Positions 11,917-22,571 of a stretch of 64,000 nt of DNA are shown piece by piece. The stretch lies in the NCBI GenBank assembly GCA_001949185.1, contig BDGG01000015.1, positions 5,036 to 69,035 on the forward strand. Reading direction: 5' to 3'. The DNA is from Ramazzottius varieornatus (Eukaryota > Animalia > Tardigrada). The notes beneath the pieces are model-generated. The model was not told the DNA's origin. It made no database searches and saw nothing but the letters and a program-made list of their open reading frames with translations. Position numbers and translations under genes: made by a program. Every line of letters begins with the position of its first letter. Position 1 is the stretch's first letter.

Positions 11917-12491
11917 TATATTGGACCTGTTTCGCAGGTCTTGCACAGCATAAGTATAGGTTTTATGCTGTGCAGTTATCCACGGCTTATGTTTTGCCTA
12001 ATATCGCTGCACAGAATTTCAAATATCGCTGCACAGAATTTCAAATTCTGTGCAAGCTGAGTTGATTGTACTATTGGCCACTTTGGTCGAAATTTGAAAT
12101 TTTGGTGGAGTGGAGCGTGATCCGATCAATCAGCGAATTTGACTTGGCGCGTCAAGTGATACGAGCTATACGCCTCTCCCACATTGCGCCACTTGACTTC
12201 CGCTCTCGTTCCTTCTCGAAATCCATCATGTTTTCGACCGAAACTAGCATTGAAGTTAGGAAGAGATAATTGTCTTCCCAAAACTATCGCCAGAAGAAGC
12301 GAAAGAAGTCCGGGCTTTATCCAGTAGAGGGCTAAATGACAGGTCCCGTGAATTCCGATGCCCTGCTGAACTCGCGCGGCCTAATATCCCTTTATGCTAA
12401 TATTCTGTGCCGGAAGTGAGCAAACCGCGAAACGGTTTCTGCACAGAAACTGACAGAACCGAAACGTGACTTGCGAAGCAGGTCTATTATA
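11917..12491. mobile_element. Candidate non-autonomous DNA transposon (MITE), ~575 bp
   Basis: 24-nt terminal inverted repeats, 11917-11940 (tatattggacctgtttcgcaggtc) vs reverse complement of 12468-12491 (tataatagacctgcttcgcaagtc), 20/24 identical. TA-rich ends. Internal hairpins and a 22-bp tandem duplication. Confidence 0.5.
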
Positions 12492-13128
12492 CACGCACGA
12501 TAGGTAATTATGGGACAGCATAAATTATGGGACATGCCTTTTCGCTACGAAGAGAAGTATTGACCTCGAAAAGAAGTATTCCGCCTAGACCTAGCTGTTT
12601 CACTTGTCCGAGACTTACTGTACCTCGATATGCAGATAAACAGCCTGCATTTTCCTGAGAGTTTCGAGTCCCTTATTAGGCAGTGGTCAAGCTGCGTTGA
12701 ATCTTTGACGAGCAGCACTGTAAAGCTATTGGCGCATCATAAAAGGTTTATTAAAGCCTTATGCTTTGGAAGAAGTCTGGAACTTCCGCGTACGAGAAAG
12801 ACAAAACTGTCGTTTCTGCCTTTGACAAAATTCGACCACCAAGACTTCGTATGAACCAGAAGGAAATTCCACCCGGCCCGAATGCTGAAAGCTGACTTAT
12901 TTCGTGGTGGAAAAGCTCTGGCAGACTCTTTATGCCTAGCCTTGGTCCGCGGAGCGTATCTGGAAGTGGGTTTCCAGATGGAGAATCCAACATTCATAAA
13001 TGATAGGGTTGTACTGTATAAATAAGGCAAACACAAATAGAGCTGTTTTTTGTTCGCTACAGACCTTATGAAATGTACTCTTCGACAATCTATCGGTCAC
13101 CAGCAAGCTACTTTTTCTCTTTCTCCGC

Positions 13129-14592
13129 TTAGGGTCTGTTGACGAACTGCCGGACTAGTAATGTGACCGATGGAACCAGTGTTGTTATCTAGAAGGAGTG
13201 AGGTAAGGTACAGTTATTACGAATAGAGCACCAAGAAGAGGTTGAGGTCTCTGTGACCCACTTACTCCGACAAGGAAACTCCTGGAGTAGTAAATCAATT
13301 TTGCGCCGTTAAAGACGCAAACATGGCATTGGCATATTCGCTCGAGCTCTTCCAAGGACTCTACTAGTTCGGCTTCCTGTGGTGAGAGGTAAGCCAACAA
13401 AGTAGTATTAATACTAACGCTAGTACTAACGCTTGCGGTTACCATCCGTGGTGGCACTACTTACTTTGGCTGTACCGCGACATCCATCTGCAGACACTTT
13501 CAACCAGTATACGATAAAACCCAAGTCTTCGCTCTTAAACAAAAACGCATATTTTCTAACATGGATCATCCATTAATCGATGTCTGCACTTACGTTTTCA
13601 TAAGCATGAACTAACGGTATGGGTATCAGCGAACCGTAGGAAGCAAACACGATGCAGTTGAAGATCAACCTCAAATAGGTCGATACCGACTCAGCTGATG
13701 AAATGTTGGTAAGACTGCAGGTGTACCCGAGGAGAGTCAGAACGTCCAAACAGTAGGCCGAAAATAAGATCAGGTTGAAACAATCGTTGATCACGTGACA
13801 AAACTTCAGCATCGCCATATATTTCGTTCGCCACAACTGAACCTGCTTCTCGCAGACGATACCAGGTTCTTTGGTCTCGCACTGCCGTTCAATTGCTGTC
13901 TTCATCTCGTCTTTCAAGTCTTTGATTGCTTGGTTCAACAAGGAGGCGAGAAGAACAGGATACAGATAAGCCTGCTGGGAAAGTAGGAGAGGAAAGATGC
14001 TGAAGAAAATCCAAATAACCAAACTTTGCCATTCTGTTAAGTTGGGCCACGTCTCGATAACTGGGGTTTCCGAAGAGAGGAGAAGCTTTCCGTAGTAATT
14101 CACATCGTCGATAGTTTCGTAAACAGCGTGAATCAGAATAACCACAACGCCAAGTGTAATTGACCAGCCTTCGAGTCTTTTGAGGAGAAGTTTGCGGTAC
14201 GGCGAGTTCGGAAAACATATGAGAAATTGGTCAGTTTCAGAACCAAGGCTCGACAAAGCTTCTCGTTTGATGAGCAGGAAGAACAGTATGAACAATCCTC
14301 GACAGTTTATGGCAATATATGGGATGATACTAAGCACGCTCAGGATACCGGTAGAGGACCCAGGCGATGAACTACTGATGTTGCCGATGTGATTCAGAGT
14401 ATCCACTAAAGTCAACGTACTCAAAACACAGGAGAAGGCGGTTCCAAGTAGTAATAGAATGGCAATCAACCATTGCAGCAGGTTTGCAATCTTTCTCTGA
14501 TAATGCTTCTTGATATTTTGGTCTGCTCTTCTGTCGCTTGACAGAGGAAAGAAACCTGCCCATTTCAGTAGAGATGTCTGAAAGATTAACAT
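13129..14592 (-). CDS. Gustatory-receptor-like 7TM chemoreceptor
   Basis: Long first exon (inside the 339-aa ORF) with about six hydrophobic helices and the GR-type 'CHVINDCFNLIL' segment. Short C-terminal exons ...VFNGAKLIYYSRSFLVG|ITTLVPSVTLLVRQFVNRP* (stop 13129-13131). This C-terminal intron layout is typical of the GR family. Confidence 0.75.
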
Positions 14593-15257
14593 ATTGCCAT
14601 GAATGCGAACTACAGTATACGCCCTCTAAGAGAAATAAGACCGTTCGAATCAGGACTAGGAAACCACAGTAAAATTTACCCAGGGATGGGTGGTTATTGG
14701 AAAATTTAAGATACTAGCTTCCGGAGCTGCAGGTAACGTAAACGAATCAGGCACAATCGATGAAGCTGTTAATCTTGCGGAGGGTCGATCGATCAGGATA
14801 CAAAGTAGAGTCGGGTGCTTCGACAGAACCTTTCCATCTGGAAAGAAACCCCTGAGCTCGAAAGTTTCGAACACGAGAGGGGAATAATTTTGACAGATGA
14901 GGTAGAAACTAATGTGCTTCCTTTATAACATTTGCTCACCTGTTTGTCTGCAGAGCTCAAATGATTTTGGTTGACGTAGATGGCAAGAGGATATACTTAT
15001 AATTCGGCTGAAAATGACTAGTCCAAATATTGTCTCACGTATGGCATTTTATGCGTTATTACCTTCACCCGATTTTCTCCTTCAACTGCAGCGCGATCAG
15101 CGGTCGATATATCTGCAAACTGCATGTACTGTCCAGGCCCATGCAACTCAAGAAATCCTTGTCGGACGAACATAAGCATTGTCTATCGGAAGCCCGTTCC
15201 ATGAAGTCTTACATCGAGGACCTAAGTGCTCGGAGCAAAGCTCGACCATTTCGAGCT

Positions 15258-16679
15258 ATGGATTCTACCATCTTTCAAATTCAGAGCGCTCTGTTCGGGC
15301 TTCTTTTCGCTCCTCTCGACAAACCTTTCAACAACGTTAACGTCACCACCATGAACAAGTGTCTGACATTTATACCACTTTGTCTGACCCTGCTGACACT
15401 TGGCGGGACTGTTGCTTTATTTTCCCTTCTGGTGTGCCAAAATTACTATCACGCAATCACGGAAGCGTCCCACGACTTCATCCCACAGATGCTGTACACC
15501 ATGTCCTACGTCAGCGAAATGTTTCGAGGTTTCTTCGTAGTCGCTTGCCTAATAGTGAACCGTAAAGACATCTCAATCTTGTTGAGTTCGGTTGACGCCT
15601 TTGTTCTGGGAAAGTCTTCTGACAGCAAAGGTATTGACAAAACGGCACTTAAACAGTGGCGGTATCGGAGCATCGGAGTCACCTTAGGGTTGTGTCTGCT
15701 CCATGTTACATATAGCCTGGTTGATTGGTCTTACTGGTTCTACGCTTGGAAAATGCAATGGCTGTCCGAGAACGCTATGGCGCCCCTCCCTATCAAAATG
15801 ACATCAGTTCAGCTGATCACTCAGTGGGCGTTTTGGGTAGACGCACCTTTCGTGGTGTCCCAGCTGACCTTTGCCATTATCATCGTACTGGCCTGGATCA
15901 TCAGTGAGGCTACGGTGAGCCTGCTTTTCTGTATCAGTCAAAAGATAATCGGAGCGGCGGACTCCTCACAGGATGTGTTTTATCTTGTGAAATCTTGGCG
16001 AAGCGAGCACCTGCGAATCCTGATAATGGTCGAAAAAACCAAAGGTTGTTTCAGCGCAATATCATTCACGATTTTCTGCTGTGATCTATTGGCGATGGCG
16101 AGCTTTGTTTCTCAACTATTGAACAACTCTGTTGATAGTCGAACCGTCTTTTCCAAGAGTCGTTTGCTTGGGAATCTTCTCCTGTTCATGGCGTACCAGA
16201 CAATATGTGTTGTCCCATTGGTATCAGTCAACGAACAGGTAACATGATAGTGTAGCCAGTTGACCAGGAGGATTCGGTTTCTTCTGGCAAAAATATTTAT
16301 GTTTGCAGAGCAAAAACCTTGGACCAGCAATCTTGGGATTCAGCGAAAGACTGTACCAATCTCTCACGTCCAAGGACTCTATTCGGTCAAAACCGGCGGA
16401 CTGGCGCGCCGTTAAGCGTTGTCTGGAGCGGTTTGAAGCTAGTGCGTCTAGCTACGTAATCTGCTTCGACGGGCTAAAGCTGACTGAATACAGCAGAGCC
16501 TTTATTGCAGGGGTGAGTGAAATGGTGTGATACTAAAGTGGTTTCAATACTCGTGAACCTTTCGTATTGCGTTGCAGAGTCTGCTGGCCGCCGGCACCTT
16601 TGCTGCTGTGATCCACGAAGTATCAAGCGAGTTCGTCGTCTCAGGCCCTGCTGCGTGCTCCGTAAATAAGACCCTCTGA
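15258..16679 (+). CDS. Gustatory-receptor-like 7TM chemoreceptor (paralog of the 13129-14592 gene)
   Basis: Exons 15258-16238, 16309-16512 and 16578-16679. Segments aligning with the neighbour: FRGFF/CRGLF, WRSEH/WRTKY, VPLVSVNEQ/IPLVHAYEN, CFDGLKLTEYSRAFIAG/VFNGAKLIYYSRSFLVG. Equivalent phase-0 intron positions. Confidence 0.75.
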
Positions 16680-17801
16680 TCAAACAGTTCCACCCTTGTC
16701 TACCAAGACTTAATTCTCTGTAGTCTGCGACTGCACGCCAGTAGATGCTTTCATTGACTTGATTGATTTATTCTCCCTATGGCACTTCGGTGTCGAACAA
16801 CATGGTCGACGAGGGAACGTGACCAGGTGCGACTACTTGTCATGGCATTTCGCTGCGCCACTTCTACCTACTTACGTTCTTGGCGATCGCTGACACCCGG
16901 CAGGCGCGCAGTACTTGAGATGCAATTCCACGTTCTTCCTCGGTAGGCGGCAGATCTCAGTGTTGGTTTTGGTCACAAGATGTTGGATGTGAGAGCCCCA
17001 ACTCAGGTGTTGGTGAAGTTTGTCGCCCAGGTACTGGACACATCCTCCCGTTGTAATCGTCGAGCTTTACTTTTTCCGTGGAAAGCCCAATGTGCTTCTT
17101 TCTTCGCAGCTGTGTAGTCGGTGCCATACAGACACACATTTCCTTGCTGGATGCAAGGCTCGATTGGTTCAAAGTCACTCTCGCAGCGCTTAGTGCCATG
17201 AACCTATAGTCAAGAAACTTGCATGTATCGCAGATAACGGGAAGAAACGCTGACTATATCAACCGCGCTGAGTAGAAAAATGGAAGGGGAAATGCAGAGA
17301 GACGCGTCACTCAGTCAACTGGTAAGCATCAATGGTGGGCATAAGGAGACAAGGGTAATTTTTGGCTCCCGCTCCCAAGTCACGTGACAGGTTTATGGGA
17401 AAGCCCAAACGGGCAGAATGTAGCAACAAGAAAGACCGTCTTTCCACCGAGCTTCATGTAACGAACGGGAAAATGGCCATTTGGACTCCAATGGGGAAGT
17501 TGACTGTCACCAACGGTTTTCGTGGACAAAAAGAGTCCGGAATGGACGTGGCATCTGTGGGAAAAAAAACGAGACTTAAAAAGGTCACTTTCCCCGTTCG
17601 TGACATGGAGCTTCGCAGCAGTGTACCAATTTTGCAGCCGTTCGACTCAATCGGTTTCCTGTACAGTGTGACTAACACTACGGGTACGCTGAAGCCTTAC
17701 TGAAAATTTATGCACGTCTTATCACTGCATGCGTTCTGCAACATCCAAGACTTAAGTTAGATGAGGCTATGTACAGTGTAGGCAAATAAGGTACTCTAAA
17801 A

Positions 17802-17947
17802 GGGGGAGGGCCAAAATCGAGTTTTCGACAAGTGACGTAGAAACTCCGGCTCGAAGTAATCAGCAGATCAAGCGGCAGTTCACGTCTCTGGATTGCAGCT
17901 TGATCAGCTGTTTGCTTTCTGCGTCACGTCGATTTTGGCCTTGCCCC
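17802..17947. repeat. Foldback/MITE-like inverted repeat abutting an assembly gap
   Basis: Left ggggagggccaaaatcga..gtgacgtagaaa..cagcagatcaagcggca mirrors right tgcagcttgatcagctg..tttctgcgtcac.tcgattttggccttgcccc. Confidence 0.7.
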
Positions 17948-17997
17948 NNNNNNNNNNNNNNNNNNNNNNNNNNNNNNNNNNNNNNNNNNNNNNNNNN
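17948..17997. other. Assembly gap (50 N)
   Basis: Run of N. Confidence 1.
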
Positions 17998-20499
17998 TAC
18001 ACTGTACATGTCGATACTGTGCTTACAAAACGCTGCAACGGCACATTTGTACTCGCTGCGTACAAACTCATCGCCGTATTACCTGTGCAAGTTTCCACTT
18101 CATACCGCCAACGGAGAGCACATGTTGACAACAGGAGAAATTTACCAACGTGTGTTCGTTGCGGAGAAGGATGATCGAACAGTGGAAGTCGTCCTGAACA
18201 CAGTAGGCTCCCAAGTCGTGACTCCGTGGCACGTTATTTTGCGGAGCATTACTGTGGATTGTGACGATGTCGGAACCAAGTACTTCTGCATAAACGACAG
18301 AGGGTTTTGGTCATGGAATGCATGGGCCTCTTACTGCAGAGGTAGTTACGAGATGCTGTTCAATTTTGCCCAAAGAACAGCGATATGAAAAACTGATGCG
18401 CTTAAATATCATGGCAAATGTCCGCAAGACCAAATTAGGTGAGATCATTGTTGAATACCGAATGCGTTTTACTCCATGCATCAGCTTCACCATGGATCGA
18501 TACATCGTCCATTTTCGTGTCTTTTTTCGAGGTTGTACGTTTTAAAGTGTCTTCCGCATGCATGCGACTTTACGCTAGGCATATGGGTACACGTATACGT
18601 AATCGCAAATAAGTCAAGGAAGAACATGTACAAGGCCGTTTCCGATGCCCTGCCAGGGATCAAGTAAAATTTACCGGAGTCTTGCGTTACAAAGACGTCT
18701 TCCTCGACATGGATTACACTATCCAAAGCGAACCCCACGAAATGTAGGTGGTAATCGAGCTTTCAGGAAAATATGCCGGAAAAGGGGACTCGGACGGCAA
18801 ATAGAAAAATCGACGTCGCTTCACGTGCCGAGATAAATGCGCATTGTTCGTTCCTTATTATAACGTCATGTTGTCAGATCCAACCCCTCAAACTCCAGAT
18901 GTTGCTGCGGGTAGTGCCAACGGCTCGATCTAACAGTCCAACAGTAACAAAAAAAGAGACCGCCGACGCTTTTGGCACATCATCGAAGCGATGACGAAAG
19001 ATATCTTTGCCTTGTTGTCACTCGAAGGCACTCAAGGCAAAAAATATAAATTATCCATCTCATAATTGTACGGTGAAACCCGACCTGTGGCCTTTTCTAG
19101 TGTCTGCAGCAATGCTTGAAAACAGTTTTACCGTTCCCGCCGCACTATCAAGCCATGTTCGTCACAAACGCAAAGAAGCTCGTTATCAAATATGGACCGG
19201 AAAAGTATGGAGAAGACATAGCAGTGGTGAAGAATCTTCCCAATCTGGCGCTCCTACGAGCTGTAAACCCATACACTTTCCTCATCATTGCCTCCCAGGA
19301 AACATGCGAGGAAGCCCGTGGACACCTGGAGCTGGACGAAGTCAGCGAAAAGCTTAGGCCGGAACTGGCAGCGAAGCTTCGTAAGGACTGGGGCAAACTT
19401 GGACCATCGTTTAAAGAGCTTTTCAGACACCACACAGAAGTACAAGAAGATGGCCAGGGCATGAGGGTAACGTTTACAGGCGTAACGTCGGAGCTGGATA
19501 CCGTCCAGTCAGTATGGAAGTCATCGTCATGGCGACCCTCGTCGACCAAAGGCAAGAATGTACGTAAGATTGACGTCAACATCGATCTTCCGAACGCAGA
19601 GCCTACGCATACTACGGTGCCGGCCGTTACTGACCATGTCCAGATCGAACAAACTGCAGCTATACCTGACCAGCCTGACCGCCCCGAAAGTTCGCCACAG
19701 GCAGCTGTGGAAGATTAGTGGCTAGTCGTAAGAAAAATACTGGCTAACATTTTATCAATTAAGGTCCAAATTCGTGCGACATTTATTACACATGGCTTAC
19801 ACCGTGGAGTACCGAACATCTTTTAATCTTTCCAGACAAGCGGGATCAAGTGACGGAAGGTACTGTGGATGAAGGAGCGAAGATCAAGAAAAACAAGTCC
19901 AAGAAAAAGAAGAAAAAGAAACGGGCGGCTCGGCCAGGTTATTAATAGAATTAAGAAGTGACACTGTGAATGTCGTAATTGTAACCGGGGTCAGTCTTGG
20001 TTTATAAATCTTACGTTATCCAGCCGAAGTATCCGTTGAACATCTTACGACCGACAATGCTGCCGGTACGGATGATCCAACGTCCACTGAAGCGACTGCC
20101 GAGCACAACGAACGCTCCGAACACGGGAAAACCGAAGGCGGCAGTTCCTTGTCCAAGGAAGGATCGAGATCGAAGCTTGCTTATGACGGTTTGCCCCTTA
20201 AATTCACGCCGGTGGAAACATGACCTGTTTTCGTCTGCAGTCACTTTTCTGTAATTTTAAGGGGCTGCGGATGACCTTGGCTTCGTCCTGCCAGCAGAGC
20301 CAGAGCCGGAACCCGAATGTATCGTTTGTCTGGCCGAAGCGCAGTCTGTGGCTTTTGTGCCATGCGGATATCGACATACCTGCCCAATTGTGCGCAAAAG
20401 CTGTTTGCCAGCGACAAGCCCTTTTGCCTTACTTGTCGCGGGGAAATTCAACAATTTATACGAATCTGGATTCGGCAGAAGTTGTACGCGCCAAATTAG
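17998..20499 (+). pseudogene. Disrupted multi-exon gene ending in a C3HC4 (IAP/MDM2-like) RING finger; putative E3 ligase pseudogene
   Basis: RING at ~20318-20470: CIVCLAEAQSVAFVPCG(Y)RHTC, then a frameshift, then NCAQKLFASDKPFCLTCRGEIQQFIRI. The expected His is Tyr. Upstream coding-like blocks at 17998-18545 (frame change ~18330) and 19116-19718, plus a Lys-rich NLS-like segment at ~19880-19925. Linking these blocks into one gene is inferred. Confidence 0.55.
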
Positions 20500-21128
20500 C
20501 ACTTGAATTGGCGGTTCAGGTTGCACCCGACCGTCTGCTTTCTCTGGATGCCCGTTCCATATTGTGCAATTTGACCACGCCTTACTGAAGAACTTTGCCC
20601 AGTGCTCAGATGTTTGTTGGTGTTGTTGTACCACGGCATTAAATTGTCTCGACTATCGTCTTGGCAGACAGTTTTGTTCGATTGATAAATTCATGCCGAC
20701 ATCGATGCAACTTCGCTCTCAGAAAATCGAAGACATACCACAGTGATCCACTACAAAATTAACAAATTGAAGTCAATCAGAAGAAAAACTTTAGAAAGTG
20801 GCAGCGAGTTTTTCGAAAAGATGGGGCTGGAGAACCATGTTCGGGCGAGTGACCATTCTGCAACAAGAAACAGCTGGTTTATGTATATTGGGGACACTTG
20901 GCTCAATGTCATACTACAGTTTACGACAAAATAAACCGTTAAAAATGGGTGTTGGATGGAGCCTGATGGGCAAAACCAATGAAATTTGCGCATACAGCAA
21001 AATATGATTCTCATTGGCTGACTTGTAAATAAGCTCTAGCTGCAGTGTTACGCCCATTTTTAACGGTTAATTTTGTCGTACACTGTACAATGCAGAAGAA
21101 CTGCTGTACCCACATGAGGTCGTGCCGT

Positions 21129-21929
21129 CTAGTATCCAGAGTACGACGACTTGTGGCTTCCGTAATTGGAGGCGTGATAGTTGGGTTTGGCCTTGTAGTC
21201 TTGCTTAGGAGCGTAGCTGTCGCGGTACTCTTGCTTGGGAGCCTCGTACTGCTGTCCGTAGTTGTCCATCTTCTTCCCGTACGACGAACCGTATTGAGGA
21301 GCGGTATAGGATGGCTGCTGGTAGCTTGGTTGTTGGTAGCCTTGTTGGTAGGTGTTGCTGTTGGAACCGTAGGAGTTCTTGTTGTAACCACCATCACCGT
21401 ACTTGGAAGATTCAGCGTAGTCTCCGTAGCCCTTGTCGTCCTCGTAGCGCGTCGACGCGTAACCTCCACTATTTCCGTGACTTCCTCCACCGTAACCGCC
21501 ACCCCCATGACCACTTCCACTGTTGCCACTAGCGCTGTAGCCGCCACCGTAACCATCCTGCATACCACCGCCACCAGAACCGCTGCTTCTGTGACGGCTA
21601 CCGCCGTAAGTGCCGCCTTCGTAACCACCACCACCACCACCTCCACCACCACCTCCACCACCACCACCACTTCCGCCTTGCATCGCTCCACCACCGTAAC
21701 TGCCGCTACCGTAACTCCCGGCACCGTAGCCGCCTTGGGAGTACGTAGAACCAACAACACCTGTTATGACAGCAAAACAGTAACGACATAGACCAATATA
21801 ATAAGAACAGGTGAGCAGCTAAACGCATCAAAACGGCAGAAAGCTTTTTGAATCATCAGAAAGCAGGAAGAGTTGAAGTAACCAGCACTTACCCAGAGCA
21901 AGGAGTGTTGCGATCGCCAGTCTGGCCAT
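21129..21929 (-). CDS. Secreted Gly/Tyr/Ser-rich low-complexity structural protein (cuticle/eggshell-like)
   Basis: Exon 1 at 21929-21893 and exon 2 at 21760-21129 give a signal peptide MARLAIATLLALGVVGSTYS, then GGYG/GSYG repeats, poly-Gly and YQQPS/YEAPK repeats. Confidence 0.85.
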
Positions 21930-22571
21930 TTTTGCTAGCGACAAAGACTTCGAGTTCGACTGGAGAATTGCTACAGTAGACTAAACTTGTGGTGGCGATT
22001 ACCCTAAAATGTCGGCCCCGCTTGGGTGGGATTTTATTGAGTGGACAGAGAACGTTGTTTGGATAACGGTTTCTGTGTCAAAAGAATTTCGGCCCAGGCA
22101 AAAAAATCGATGTGATGTGCTAGATCTTGCGTGTGTTATTCTAAAGAAAAATCGGAACAGTTTTCTAGAACGGAAAAAAACGACTTTGGCTTATCGCGTT
22201 ACCAGCAACCCGCACGTGCGCCAGTGTCAGTCTGTCAGTGCGGTTTTATGTATTTTCTCCCTCCGAGGCAAAGTTCGGAAAGCGAACTGCATTGTGCAGC
22301 AACCCATATTTTGGTGTTACCGGTCGACTATGTATAGTTTGTGAACCCTGATTCGATAGAACCAAGGCCAGTTCTTGGACGAAGTACCGGTTCGAGCTTC
22401 GGATAGCGGTCGATCTTTATCGAAGTCCCGGAACAAAAACATAGCTGAGGAGCTAGACCACTTTTTTTGTCAGGTTGCCGGTAACCCGGGTTCACGACTT
22501 CGATGGGTATGAAATGCACAGAAGCTGGGAACAGAAGAATAACTTCATTTTCAACTAAGCGAAACGACCGT

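Noticed and set aside
15030-15257. N-terminal extension of the 405-aa ORF
   Set aside because: Begins at a non-ATG codon; alignment with the neighbouring paralog favours the ATG at 15258.
21011-21791. Long Val/Thr-rich ORFs (21011-21760 -, 21045-21791 +)
   Set aside because: Shadow frames of the GGN-rich glycine-rich gene.
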